A stretch of DNA of 64,000 nucleotides from Marsupella aquatica (GCA_973895155.1 OZ316894.1:13370828-13434827), one strand, 5' to 3'. Positions 48,623 through 62,600 are shown, numbered from the stretch's first letter. Numbers and translations are program-made. The notes: generated by a model not told the origin, from the letters alone.

Positions 48623-51600
48623 ATGAAGACTTTACAATATGCTTCATGGAATGTGTGTGGACTTTGCAGCCCTGACCGCAAGAATGTGGTGGTTAAGTGG
48701 GTCTCAACGTTGCGGCCGCCTATTGATTTTTTGGCTTTACAGGAAATAAAAGCTGAGGCTTTTAGGCTTGACATTGCCCTTAAAGCAATTCTTCCATCCT
48801 TTCAATACTTCTATTCGCCTCCGGATGAGGGCAGAGGAGGCACAGCTCTTTTGATTCACCCGTCTTTTGTAGTGCTGGCATCTGGAATTCTTGATAGGGG
48901 TCGGGAAATTTGGACGAAGATACAATCAGAGGAAGGAAACTTTGGACTTATCAGTATCTATGCTCCCAACTCGATTAGTGAACGTGTCTTGCTGTGGAAC
49001 GAACTGCTGCACACATTGCCCCAGGAGAAATGGATAATTGTTGGAGATTTTAATATGATGGAGCAACAGGATGACTCCTCCGGTTCATCTCCCAGAATTA
49101 GGGGTTGGGAACTTGATACTTGGCGATTACTGAAACTACGCTTTGACTTACAGGATGCCAAGGGCATTATGGGACACATCACTGGCTCTAACTTTACATG
49201 GAGAAGGGTCAGAAATGGAAGACTGATACAGTCCCAGCTAGACAAATTCTATCTAAGCGAAAAGGGTCAATGGTTAGAAGAGGTGATAGAGTTGAGGCAC
49301 GATGGTTCATCTGCTCTGTCTGATCACGATCCGATCATCCTCACATTTAGGATAACACCGAGACATTCAATGCCTACCGACGTTTGCAGAGCTACGTACT
49401 TCAAAGCAAACCCAGCTATTCTCAGGAAAAGAGAAAACATTGAAGCTCTCGTAGAAGCATGGGGCGCAAGAGAAGGAGGATCAGTGGACCCTCATCTGAG
49501 ATTTGCAGATGCTATGCAAAGGGTTAGACGGTGCTACATGGAGCTACAATATTCCCCTGTACCTTGGGAAGAAGAGATGCATTGACTAAGGGCTAAACTC
49601 TGTCATTTGAAAATGGCAATTATGGATGAATACACTGAAGATATGATTCTCGACTTTACTAACACTAAACAGGGTGTCAGAGAAATGGAGATGGAAGAAG
49701 CACTCCATCATCGGAGGCTCGCTAGAATAAACTGGCTTGGACAGGGCGATGAACCCTTGAAATTCTTTTTTGCAATGGTAAAAGCAAAATGTGATAGAGA
49801 AAATATGGAATATCTTATAGGGGAGGACGGAGAAGAGATTACGAAAGAGAATCTGGTGATAAAAGAAGTGCAGCGACACTGTGAAAAGCTCTACACTCCA
49901 ATGTTTGCTCCGAATGTGATGCGCAGAGAGATGTTGGAGGCTAGAAGGAAGCTATGTTAGCACACTCACTTTGCTCTTTCCGCTTCTGAGCTTCATAGAC
50001 TAGAGAGGCTTCCTACTATGCAAGAACTGCATGATACACTACTTTCCCTTCCTAGCAACAAGGCCCCTGGGATTGATGGCATCACTGTTGAGGTACTATG
50101 GAGCTGTTGGGACTTCATGAAGGATGGATTCTATGAGATGACATGTGAATTTTGGCGGTCAGGGCACATGGCTTTTGGGATCAAGGATGGAGTAATTCGC
50201 TTTATCCCAAAGAAGACGGATAAAAGAAGACTAGGGGATTGGAGAGGGCTCACGATGCTGACAACCACTTATAAGATCATGGCAAAGCTTCTTGCCTTGA
50301 GGCTGAAGATTCATCTACCAAAAATGATTAGTCCACAGCAAACAGGCTTCATACCCGGAAGGCACATATTAGAAAACATCTCCCTTACCTGGCTTCCTAG
50401 TGACTGGATTAACCTCACACAAACTCCTACTCTATTCCTGCAACTGGATTTCGAAAAAGCATTTGACAGGGTGGACCACTCCTACATCTGGGAAACCATG
50501 AATTTGCTAGGAATAGGATCCCACTTTATCTTTCTAGTTCGATCTCTATTGAGCAATGGATGTTCCAAAGCGCTGGTGAATGGTTTGTGGATAGAAGATA
50601 TCAGGATGAGACGTGGAGTGAGGCAAGGATGCCCCCTCTCTCCTCTGCTATTTGCAATCTCTACTCAACCTTTCATGGATTTCTGTAATGCAGAGATAGC
50701 AGCTGGAAGGCTTAAGGGTCTGAGAATCAATTCATCTCTGACTATCTATTTGCTTCAGATTATTTGCGGATGATTTAGGAATGTTTATTCCTGCCACTGC
50801 TATAGCTTTTGAACAAGCCAAAAATGCTATCCACTGCTACAAATGTGCTACTGGGACCAAATTGAATTTGAAAAAATCAATTATTATCCCCTTTGCTGTG
50901 GATGTGATCCCTGACTGGCTAAGAGACACTGGATGTAGAATCAGCGAAACTGGAGAGATACAAAAATATCTGGGTGCCCCCTTTGGGGTAGAAATTCTAG
51001 AGACACAACTACACAATTTCTGTCTCGATAAAATTAGTGCACGATTGTCATCCTGGTCGTCACAATTTCTATCCTTTACAACAAGGCTGCTGCTGATCAA
51101 ACATGTTTTACAGGCAATTCCTATCTACCATATGATGTTTATTCGATCTTCTCAGGTACTAGCTAAGAAGTTGACAAAACTTAATAGGACTTTCCTATGG
51201 GGAACTCAACCGCAAGGGGGAAGGAGGATCCCTCTGGTGGCGTGGGAGAAGCTGACAAGACCAAAGCTGGAAGGTGGACTTGGACTCAAGGATTTTCGGA
51301 GTCACTCTGACACTCTATTATGCAAATGGTTCACGGGTGCATTAGATGACCCTAGTTCTGAGTGGGCTCAAATGTATGCTGAGAATCTCAGGCTAACCAA
51401 ATGGCGCAACTACAAGACGGTGAGAAGAAGCTTGTACTCCTTGAGTGACAAATTACTATTGAGCACTCCTAGGCACTTTGGGAAACTTGTCTATACAGGG
51501 AAACTATGGAGTGCATGGGAGATGGCGAGAGAACATCTGATCTTCTGCCCAGGCAGGGGAGCGATACCTGGGCATTGGGGCTTCGAAGACTTGGTAGGGA

Positions 51601-52525
51601 GTATGCAGAGGTTCTATGAATTACCTGAAGAATGCCTAATGGGAGCATTAGAGCTTTTGGTAGTTTGGGGATGAGAAAAGTGGAGGATCTGTGGTCTACT
51701 AGGAATCGGGACTGGAAAGACATCTCTGGAAGATTGCATAGGATGAGAGGACTTTCCTCTATTGGCAGATCTGAACTCAATGTATTACTTTATACAGTGT
51801 GTGATATGCTGCTATACTGTGGGGGGCCGGGAATCTGGTGTTGTTGCTTGACTGTGGAAATGGAATGATACTGAGACTGAAATGAGGAGATTTACCACAA
51901 CAAATCTGAGGATGTATGAGATGCTATGACCTAAAGGCTCTGATTGGGAAGGCTAAATCGTATATGGAATGTGACACTGAATGAGCAGGAATGGAGCTCA
52001 GTCTGGAAGGGGTTGTGGTCTTCGAACCTCTCTACGCGAGCTAAGATCTTCATATGGCAAATTATTGCTCAGGGGCTTTTTTCTGGTGTTTGGGCCCTAC
52101 GGATCGGGAAATCAAATGGATGCTGCACAATGTGCACCTCTAGGATAGAAACCTTACCACATTTATTTTGCCACTGTAAGCATGCTATCAATGTCTGGAC
52201 TGAGATGAAGAGATGGATGAGAGGAGAGCTTATCGGAAGCTTTACAAGCATTGTTGAACTGCTGTGCTCCATTCAGAGACGCTCACCTCTTCTATCACTG
52301 TGGGCCTTCATAATTTATCAGGTTTTGTGGCACTTGTGGAATGCTAGGAATGTACAAGTGTTCGAATTAACACCTTGCCGCTCTTTTGATCCGATGCAAA
52401 TCATTTCTGAATGCATGGATCACATCATGGCGTTGTCGGTGGGAGCTACCTCCCTCTCTTGTAAGAAACAGGAACGGCTAAATATAGCTTTGAAGCTCCT
52501 AGAAACAGAACGCAGGGCACTTTAA
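48623..52525 (+). pseudogene. LINE-B ORF2 (AP endonuclease, reverse transcriptase, zf-RVT), disrupted
   Basis: SWNV.GL, LQE, IYAP, GDFN, SDHDPI; KAPGIDG, LDFEKAFDRV, GVRQGCPLSP, LFADD (frameshift near 50750), KYLG; CTMC...HLFCHC, LWNARN. Confidence 0.93.
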
Positions 52526-54432
52526 GGGCACAAGTAAGAAGAATAGTGACTGTCAGAAGCTGAAATGGACCTGTGGACTAGACAGTGCTTTGCTGAGAAG
52601 TTCTTGGATCCTGAGAAAACCTTTGGGGTCACTCCCCTGCATGAGTATGTAGTAGACATTTAGGTGAACTTTAGGTGGTGAGCTTTTCATCTGCTTAAAT
52701 AGGCCCTTGACTGGTCCACTCTGTTTTTCTTTCCCTTTGAGGATCTCTTTTGCCTGTGGGCCTGCTGATTCCCTCTCCGTGGGGTTCAAGCAGAATAAAT
52801 GAAAATTAAATTTAAAAAAGAAAATAAAAATGCTAGGGACGATGGAGGAGATAAAAGGATTCTGACACAGAATTGCGATTTTTTGGATAGTAGTCTAATT
52901 CAAGGAAGACTTGGGGATTTTTTTTTGGCTGATCAAGAATTGAATTGGAATGCGCTGCTGTTCATATGGTGAAAAGGAGGATCTAAGGGAAGAAACTGAT
53001 GCGCAACTAAAGAAAGATGATGAAAGAGTTTGAGAACTTAAGAGTAAAAGGCGATGAAGCTTGATGTTTCTTTTGGTTGAGAAGAGACTACAATGGTACT
53101 CAATTCCGAAATAGGCTACAATGCCCTGTGTGGAAGGAGAAACAAAGATTGATTTTAAAGAGAGTGCAATAGAAAAGATCTAATGCTACGAGGCGAAAAG
53201 GGGTCATGAGGTAATGAGAAGAAAATTAAGTGGAGAGCTCGGGTTTTTGCGAGTGGAAGCGAGTATATCATTTTCATTGAATTAATGTAAAAATGGTTGA
53301 TGTTGCAGATGTGGAGTATGGTGAGGAGGGTTAAGATGAGTTTGAAAGATACACTCCTTGACATCATGCAAGTTGAACGTATTGCTGAAGAACTATGAGA
53401 AGAGAAGAAAAGGCCAAAAAAAAACTGCTCTTAGCAGAGTCAAAAGCAGAGAGACTAAATTTGAATTGAATCAAGAAGAACAACTGTAACCCGGAAAAAC
53501 AATTCTAGGGTCAAAGCTCTTGTAGTATATCTTTGAAGTTGGGATGAACTTAAGTTCTAGAGGAATCAGGAAAGCATTCAGAGAAAAACTGAAAACAGGC
53601 TGACAGTGGCGATTCTGAAAAATTGTGGTGAACCCTGGAAGGAATGTTTTAACAGCCAAGATGCAAAGCGGAACGCTGGAAAACTGTGTAGCAGACTGAA
53701 CATGAAGGACAGAGTTAGAAAAACACGAGTAATTCCATGTGGGAATTTTGAAAGAATGTGTTTTTACTTATTTTTCTTGGACCAAGAGGAGGGAAAACCA
53801 TTTCATGAAGTTAATTAGGAGATTCCAGTTAGAAGTATGGATTACTTAGACCACTTTTGATTTAATGTTTTGGAGCTCTAGTAAGATAGATGAAGTTAAA
53901 AAATTGATTTCTTTTGATGACTAGAACCCGGTGATTGGGTCAATTTTTAAGTTAGGAACTGTTTGCTGCCATGGGATTTGAAGATTCTGGTCGTAGATTC
54001 TTCTTGTTGTGGGATTGGAAAATTGAGAAGAAGGAAAAAGGAGGGCCAAAAGAAGAAGCTCGGGAAGTGGAAAAGAAAAATGAAGACAAGAGGGAAACAA
54101 GATGACGAATGAAGCTTTGTAGCGAGTGTCAAGGCATGACTATCGACGACTGACCTGATGACCTGAAGTGGGTTTAGCATGGAAAACAATTAAGAAGTTT
54201 GGATTACTTTTAGTCGTGGAAATAATGAGTTGTAGATGAGTGAAAAAGATGTATGAGTAAAATTTATGAATGCATTGAGTTGTGAATGAATGATAGTGAT
54301 GATTCAATGTTTTTGATAAGAATGGATTAGTGTAATTTGACTTTGAAAATGAGAACTAAAAAGAATTAAATGGAGCTTAAATAACTTATAAAACTAAGAT
54401 AAAAAGGGTCAAGTCCCTAAAAACATAGAAAG

Positions 54433-57400
54433 TGTTGTAACTCATACCTGAGTTAAGTCTACCTTTGGGATAACTACCTATGTAACTACCCTAACTACTT
54501 AGGCTGTAGCCACATGTACATATTCTACCAGGAATACAGATGGAACAACTCTTTGTCTCATTTCTCCCACAACACGTTATCAGCGCTTTGTCTCACCAGC
54601 GGAGCAGAGAGAAGAGAACAGGCTATGGCGATTAAAATCTGAAAACGCTCGGGAAGAGAAGAAGAAGAGAGATCGAACAAGAGAGCACTTTTTAGAAAAT
54701 CAGACATAGAAATTCATAAGGCATTCGAGAGGAATCGACAAGGACAGCAAGAACAGAAACGCAAATCGATATCATCACACAAGAGGACCGATCCTGAGAA
54801 GCAGCATTCCCCTCCAGGGTGAAAAGGATAAGAAGAGCAAGACGACAACAATAGAGAGAAGACGATCAAAAAGTAGAAAGAAGAATTCGATTAGGACATC
54901 GCGACCTCATAGGGACAGGCCTCGCTCGATAGCCAATGATAGTCGCACGGGATGCAGCTATCTTGGAGCAAAATTTGGCTATCACGGAGAGAATAGCTGC
55001 ATATGAGGAGAGAGACGCTGCTCTTCTGCTACGTGACGTAGCTTACGCTGATCGAGATTCCGCCATGGAGGAACGCGATGCTGCTGTTACAACTCTTGAT
55101 ATTTCAGCGAACAACACCCTTGTCGAAAAGAGGCCATTGGTGAAAGATTCAAAGCTCTTCCATACGCTGAGTATGAAAAAGAATTGTACTATTGTAGGAG
55201 TTTTTCATCAGGCTCCCTTGCCTTCCACACGGTACAGTGCTGTTGTTCAAGAGCAAAGTGACCTTGGCAAGATCGGCAATGCCAAAAGAGTCAGTTTGTG
55301 GGTTTCCTAGGAAGAGGAAGCTAATAGTGAAATCTACGCTCGATCGCACAGTGCATTCGAAAAGATCATGTCGTTCTCCCCAGGAGCATCGTTTGGAGCT
55401 TGGAGATAGCGACGAGGCCGATTACCTGAAGGGCCCAAACGATGATGTTCACGTTGATAATGTGCGATACCCCATTCCCCACTGCTCCTGTATAGGTGTG
55501 AGACAGCAGTGTTACAGATGGGGTAACGGGGGCTGGCAATTCTTGTGTTGCACTACTATGATCTCCATGAACTTTTTGGAACAACTCGGCTCCGAAGGGA
55601 TAAATGTAAATTATCCTGTCGATTTGAAGGAGCACTGGGCAAAGCATGGAACTAACCGTTACGTTACAATTCGATAACAAGATGAAGCATGCTCCGTCAT
55701 TCAAGATCGACGACATGTAGGGAAGTTTCCGTCAATCATATTTGTGAAGCTCTCTTGACAGGCGCAAAATGTTTTGGTTTCGGGGGCCAAGTGAGGCACA
55801 CTGGGCGTTTGCCAAGATGATACGTGGTTATACTGACGCGTCTGCACGAGTTCCACATTTGAAGTATATAATACTGTTGTATTTTGTAAGTTCATGGAGA
55901 TCTGCGTTTTGGAACGAGTCATCAGACCTCCTATTTCCAGTCCGTGAAGGCGACCTCATACGGAAGATTGATTCATAAGGAACACCCATACGCCTAATTC
56001 CCAATTGAAAAGATAAGAAGAGAGAAGATGCTACAGAAATCGAACGCAGATCGTGAGCAGGGCAGGCAGCATCGCGAACATATAAAGACAGTCCATGATC
56101 GAACGCGAAGGGAGAAACTGAAAACTTCGAAGGAAAGAATGCGAGACAGAGGAGAAACAATAAGCACCGAAGGCAAGGAGGATAAATCCAAGAACATTGA
56201 AGGAAGCACAAACCCAAAAAACCAAAGAGAGAATGTGAGGAACGCCAGGAGAGAGAAGGACGTCCAGTGCAGACGGAGATCGTGGTACAAGCTAAAGACG
56301 AGACGCTGGGCAAAGGAGGCAAACAAAGAGAAGCCATCAAACCAAAGGAAAGTCCTCCACCTTTTCTTCTAAGAAGACCATTTTACACTAAGTAATGGAG
56401 AACTAAAGAACAAAGAGACTTTCTCTTCAAAAGGAAAGAAAAACCAAACAACAAAGCATGAAGTAAGGACATAAAGAAAGAAGCTAAACTACAGAACCTA
56501 CATGGCGACAAATGATGATTACTTCCACCAATTAATTTCATAAATTCAAGGGGAGATATTTTTCCCAGGGGTGCCTACTACACATAAAATCCCTGTGCCT
56601 ACTGCACATGGAAGCAAATGGGTGCCTATTGCACACCCAGCCAGAAAGGAAAAATATTTGACAAATTGAGGGGGAGACCTCAAGCAAGACTTGCCTCCCA
56701 GAAATTTAACCCATGGGATGTGCCTACTGCACAAGTGCTTTTCACAACAATCAATATTTAAAAAATAAAAATGGAACTACATTCCATGAGTTAGAAGCAT
56801 ATGGCCAAATTATGAAAAATGCATTAAATCACCAATATTGGATGACATGTCATGATGACTAAAATTGGAAATATCAAAGACCCCACATCATATCATAATA
56901 AGGTATCATATGATCATATGAAGTATGGTATCACATTACAAGGTACTATCAAGTGAGGTATGACTTGGTAAGGCACCATGACAGATGGTACGCTATACCT
57001 TGATAGGAAATCCCTATGACATATGAGACCTAGGATTGGACACTCCAAACGATTCCAAGGCCAATGGATTTCAATCAACCATATCATCTTCATTATGAGC
57101 TAATACCTTGTTTTTTTTTCTTTGCATGTCATCTATGACCATTCAGGAATCTTCATTACCTGATCAGGAAGAGACGCAAGACACACAACACAATCAACTT
57201 TGCTAACACCAACCAAGGAGGATCTTCAACATGCCTATAGTGTTGACAAACACCTTAAGAGACTTTGTAGAAATTACACATACACTATATGCTTAAACCC
57301 AATTATGTTACACCCATGGGGATGGTAATACTCTTTCCTCCCACAAAGAAAGTAGGGGAGGTTTTAATGAGATTACATCCCCCACTTACACTTTACCATG

Positions 57401-57721
57401 CAACATGAATTATAAGACATCTATTAGGAGAAGCTTTACATTCATTTATAGTAGACTTGAGATGGCTACACCATTTATAAAATAGGCTAGACATAAACAA
57501 AACCTATTGTATACCACTGAGTATGCCCACAGTAGACTCTTGATTGTAACATTTAAACCCCAATGTTACAAAGGGGGAGTGTTGTAACTCATACCTGAGT
57601 TAAGTCTACCTTTGGGATAACTACCTATGTAACTACCCTAACTACTTAGGCTGTAGCCACATGTACATATTCTACCAGGAATACAGATGGAACAACTCTT
57701 TGTCTCATTTCTCCCACAACA
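54433..57721 (+). mobile_element. Young non-autonomous Copia-type (Bianca-like PBS) LTR element carrying a BPC gene copy
   Basis: Identical 142-bp LTRs at 54433-54574 and 57580-57721 (TGTTG...CAACA); 5-bp TSD GAAAG; PBS-like CGTTATCAGC directly after the 5' LTR; PPT AAAGGGGGAG at 57570-57579. No intact gag/pol. Confidence 0.92.
54936..55677 (+). pseudogene. BPC: BBR/BPC GAGA-binding transcription factor copy, frameshifted and internally deleted
   Basis: Alanine-zipper repeat RDAAILEQNLAITERIAAYEERDAALLLRDVAYADRDSAMEERDAA and C-terminal PIPHCSCIGVRQQCYRWGNGGWQFLCCTTMISM...PVDLKEHWAKHGTNRYVTIR*. The two halves lie in different frames, and the YPLP...RKMS segment of the domain is missing. Confidence 0.9.
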
Positions 57722-57761
57722 GAAAGTTTAATTTCACACCGCTTTAAATTGGTCCCTGACA

Positions 57762-58224
57762 CCGGCAGAGCGCTATCATTTTCTTGGCTAATCTCTCAAA
57801 CGCTCTTAGAAACATGGAGTGATAAATAGGGATAGCCTATAAAATGTGCCTAACCAGAAGTGTCCGTCCTGAAAAGGACAACAGTTTATTTGGCCAAGAG
57901 GATAAGCGCATGTCAATTTTACCTTGAACAAATTTGTGCAATTGAATGCATCTTCAAGTCCACCCCCAAGGGGGCACCCAGATACTTTTGTAACTCTCCT
58001 TTGTGGCTAATCACACAACCTATATTTGACAGCCATCTCAGTATAGTATTCATTTCCAGTGGGATAACAATGGATTTTCGCACGTTGAGTCTTGCTCTAG
58101 TTGCTGTTTCATAGCAATGCAATACAATTGTGGCCATTTCAAAGCTCCTTAGTGTGGCAGGGATAAACATTCCCATGTCATCCGCAAATAGCCTATAACA
58201 AATTGTTAGCTCATCCAAGATTTT
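57762..58224 (-). mobile_element. LINE-A upstream part (RT region)
   Basis: RLFADDMGMFIPAT...LQKYLGAP...LSFSGRTLL...IPIYHSMF...ALCR; continues into 38131 after the insertion is removed. Confidence 0.88.
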
Positions 58225-58674
58225 TGTGGTGCGTTTCCCAACACCTCTAACCCCAAGAACCATCTGCAACCGGCTAAAAACCACTACTTATGGCCGGCTT
58301 TTGGTGTTTGGTTTGGCTGCTATCCGACTTGAAAACGCGGTCTAATCTTCAATCCACACTTTGCTGGACCGATTCTTTCACTGGGCTTGTGAATTGTGTG
58401 TAGCTAAGACGCCTAATTCCTCATTTGACTTGGTCGAGTATGTTTGTATTCTGCCCCCGGAATGTACCTCTACGGCTTAATCTCTTAAGCCGGCTGAAGG
58501 TTTTTCTCAGACCGACTCAAATCACACTTTAACCAACAAAACACTCTCAATCCTCACTTTTCTCTCAGAGTTTGGTTTGGCAGTCTCCAATCAAGATAAT
58601 GTGATCATATTAGCTTCACAGTATCACTCTATCTAACTCAAATCGATCGAGCAACAAGTATCACAACACACAAC
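58225..58674. mobile_element. Probable LTR fragment truncating LINE-A, itself interrupted by a CACTA element
   Basis: LINE homology stops abruptly at a TGTGGTGCG terminus; non-coding LTR-like composition. Confidence 0.4.
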
Positions 58675-59757
58675 CACTAGTAGAAAACAATGTATTTTAT
58701 GACCAAAACAATGACTATTAATCAGGTCTTTTTAACAAAACAATGACGCAATTGTTCTCGTCTTTCCAGACACGTCACAACGGACATTTTGGTCACGGTC
58801 CTTTTGGACAAATGACGCTAAAAACATGTGGTCATTTCATACTATCCTAAATGACCGTTTTTATGATATGGTCATAAATGTTGAACGGTCCAAAATGACG
58901 ACACAAATCACCATCGACGGTCAATTGCCGTTGACCGTCGATGGTCCCCGTACCCAATCACACAACGACACGTGGCAATAAAAAAACTAATAACATTGGT
59001 CATTTTGGACAGTCCAAAATGACGTACATTATATAACAAATCAAATAGTGACACGTGGTTCAAAGAGGATTCACCATTTGGCAATATATTTGGGTCATTT
59101 TGGACGTGTCCAAAATGACTACAGTATAAACAAGTCATATTGAGACACGTGGTTCAATTGGGAGAAGACACGTAAAGATACACATTAGTCATTAATGACA
59201 TGTCTTGAATGACATAAAGTGAGTCATAGTGGACTTGTTTATAATGACCATGAGAAAGGTCATTGTATATGTCATTCTTTGAATCATTTAGTCTATGTCT
59301 TTAATGACCAGAGTTGAGTCATATTGGTCACAAAGATAGTTGTGAATAATGACCATTACATCAGTCATTCTAGCTAGTCATTTAGTCATTCAAGCCAATC
59401 ATTCAGACGAAGTATTCAATGATTTGGAGAAATTCAAATTTAAGTGATCATGATAGATAAAACTTGATGTCAATCAAAAATCATATATTACAAAGCCATT
59501 CAATAGAGTTGCTAAATGAAAACTTAAAGAAACATTCGATATATATCACAAATCCAATTGATATTCATACAAGATACCTTCATAAGTCTCACGGTAAATA
59601 TTGAACTCAATGCAAATTTATGAAACAAAATTACATTGACATCAATAATATTAGATTGTCAATTGTTACAACCTGACATACCAATCACTCTGCATGTTTA
59701 TAGAAAAACAGAGTTGTCATTCTATCATGTCTATTGTTTCTTGATAGAGTGCTATTT

Positions 59758-62600
59758 CTATTGCTTCTTAAGCAATCTAGAGTTCCATAGGGCATTCATC
59801 CCTTTCACATCAGATAATTTAGACTGGTTCTCCCCTGAATTGGCAAATGGCAATGCCACATCTACAAACACTTCAATCACACGCACTCGCAAGAAAGGGC
59901 TTTCAAAATCTGCACAATGAAACTTATCTTCTCCTGGCAGCCCTGTCACCTCACCTTCTGCCACTATCATGGAATTGTCCACAACGCTCTTCATCTTCAC
60001 CAAATCTCCTCTTGCAAACTGTGAACAACACATTTTGTTAAAAATGCAATAAACAGAAATTGAAAGATAGAAGAACACTCAAATCAAACACACATTTACC
60101 TTTGCAACGGGGTTAGGAGACTGCATTGGTTTCTTCTGTGCAGGTGATGCATTTGCTGAGGATCCTTTCTTCCTTTTCTTCTTTCCCTTTCTAGTTGATG
60201 GAGTGTCATCCTGTTCACTTGGAATGGGAGTTTCTTTTGGCAACTCAGATGATTCTGGGGTTACATCTGGTGTCAACTGAGTCGACTTATCCTCTGGCAA
60301 CTGAAAGACATCTGAAATGGCTTCTTTGGGCAACTTAGATGGCAAAAGGTTCACTTCCAATTCAGTTTGCTTTAGAGTACTGTTAGCTGTGTCAGTTGGT
60401 CTTCCCTGTGACACAGGAGGCTCCCCTAAAGATGCTGTCATAAAACACACACAAAAGAAATGCATAAACAAACATGTATACACCAGCAACATATAATCAC
60501 ACTAAAAACATGCAAGAACATTATAAACATGCAATGACATATACACATCACAATAATTACATTGAATGGACAGTGTATACATGATAGAGAATTTTACCTT
60601 CATTATCGCCTGAAAAAGTAAGAGATCGCTTTCTACTACCTTGTTTGGTAGTTGTAGTCAACTTACTGTGACTAGGCACAACTGTTGGAACTTGTGCATT
60701 ACTGGGGTGATGTGCCATCCACGTAGTCATCATGTTTGTCAACTCCCTCACAGTGCCTTTCAACTCAGCGACATCCAATTTCACAGCCCCAATGGCAGTG
60801 ATCTCTTCTTTTGAATGTGGGGTCTGTAAATGAACCACAAACCAACACAACAGTCTCACTGTCAAACTTACAAACGACACAACACTGGCTCTGTCAAATG
60901 GAGAATGATGTACAAATCAAATTGGTATGACAATACTCACAGCTGATCCATGTCTGTTTCCTTGCCCCAGTAAGCTAGCACTTTTACCCTCCCCACTTGC
61001 CAATGATGGGCTCACCTTTGCTCCCACAAAACTACCAGTCTGACCTTCTGCACTTGCCAATGATGGGCTCATTGTCACCTTTGGCAATGAACCCTGACTA
61101 CCATGGTTTTCTTTCAGGTCAGATATACCTGGGCTTGATCCTCTCTTCTGCTTCTGTTCAAACACACAATGAATGAGAAATCACAGAGTTTGTTTTCATC
61201 AAGATTCACAAACAAGACAGAATTGATAGTGAAAATGATAGACAATTTACCATTCTCTTTGCTGCTGCAGCATGCCCTCCCCTTCCAAAGTGAGAGGTAT
61301 CTTGCACTCGTGCTCTTTTATCAGTCATCTGTTTACTCAAAGATATCAATGCTGGACTGGTAAAATGAGATACCAAAGCTGCCCATTTCTTTGGATCAAC
61401 ACCAGATGGCCCAAGTTTGGTTGGATCCTCATTGCAAACTTTCTTCCAATAAACATGCATTTTATGGCGCTCTCTCTTCAATATGCCACGACAATGACTC
61501 TGGAATTTGGTGTTAATAAATTCCCCACCCACATACTCCCACTCAGCTGCCATGTTATTCCACACTGTGGTTGTATGAACTTGTGGATGATCAGTCCATT
61601 TTGGCTTTGATACATCAAAGACTCTGAGTACGTTGCCACAAAGTTCCTCCAGCCAGTATTGTTTGTTGCCATCAGAATCATCAATATCATTGTCATAAAT
61701 CTGCATTTCATAGACAATGTCAGATCATAACTCTGGAATTTATGCAGAGTCCAGGTTTTATACACACAACAACAGAGAGGATCAGATTTGTCTAAATCTA
61801 CAAACAAGTACAATACTCACTTTAATGTGTTTGGGCACCTCTCCGCAATCCCTTCGTTGTTTGGCAGTATTATCAAACTGCTTCTTAGCATGCCTTCGTT
61901 CCCTGCGCATCTCAGAGGCCCCTCCTGCAATGCACACACATGCATTCAATCAAAAAATATGTACATGATTGAAAAGTTGAGCAAATGTACTTGCATATGC
62001 AACACGAGCAGATTGTGTATTACCTGAAGATCCTCTGGAATGTAGTACATCAGATTGACCTGATCTGCCTTCAGATGCTGATGGAACCACTAAACAAACA
62101 CACAACACCAAAGCACTTCAATTAATTTCATTTCCAAGTAGAATATCAACTTCCAAACACACCTGAAAAGTAGAACAGTACAATCCACTCACTTTCATAT
62201 AAGAGTCCAGTGTCTGGGTCTTTCCAACATCTCACTAGCCCACCTCCACCAGGCCCAGTCTTCTTAGGACCACAATTTTGTTTCTGTACCTACATCATGG
62301 ACAACGTAAGCATATCAACATATAATTTGAAAAAGGGACAAGGATCCCTTCCTATTAGGATGATGAAGTTCAAGCATTACCTGTTGTGCACTCTCTGGTT
62401 CTGACCCTCCAATGTCAGAATCCTCAGTGTCATACTCAGAAGGAGAACCATAGCCATCATCACCAAACTCTGCCATGTTCACCTTGGTAACTTCTGATAG
62501 TCTAGAGCTCCTCCTCTTTGGCAATGTTTCAGTTGAAGTACCTTTCACCAAAGCAGGCTTTCCTCTCTCTCGTTGTACATGTGTGGTTGGGCCTCTAAGG
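59758..62600 (-). CDS. CACTA second (TnpA-like) gene, multi-exon
   Basis: GPSGVDPKKWAALVSHFTSP...SKQMTDKRARV...HFGRGG (Ptta/En/Spm-like) and VKMKS...VAEGEV...FHCAD...RVRVIEV..DVALPF...LW (Tnp1-like); splice sites visible. Confidence 0.7.

Larger units (their letters stand above)
39049..52828 (+). mobile_element. LINE-B (L1-type), near full length, interrupted by a Ty3/gypsy element in its 5' region
   Basis: 13-bp TSD AATGCTAGGGACG (39036-39048 / 52829-52841), A-rich tail at 52794-52830, ORF1 and ORF2 present. Confidence 0.8.
38132..57761 (-). mobile_element. Solo-LTR-like element (~2.5 kb net: 38132-39048, 52842-54432, 57727-57761) splitting LINE-A, expanded to 19.6 kb by later insertions
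   Basis: Termini TGTC...GACA and a perfect CCGG TSD (38128-38131 / 57762-57765). Removing it rejoins LINE-A ORF2 in frame (ALC-R-DFLWG). The segments share the same purine-rich composition. Orientation is inferred. Confidence 0.8.

Noticed and set aside
52842-54432. Penelope/DIRS-like coding remnant
   Set aside because: No RT, GIY-YIG or recombinase motif found; better explained as part of the solo-LTR-like element.
54936-55677. Functional BPC sex-determining gene
   Set aside because: It is frameshifted, has a deletion in the DNA-binding domain and sits inside an LTR element; orthology cannot be assigned from this sequence.
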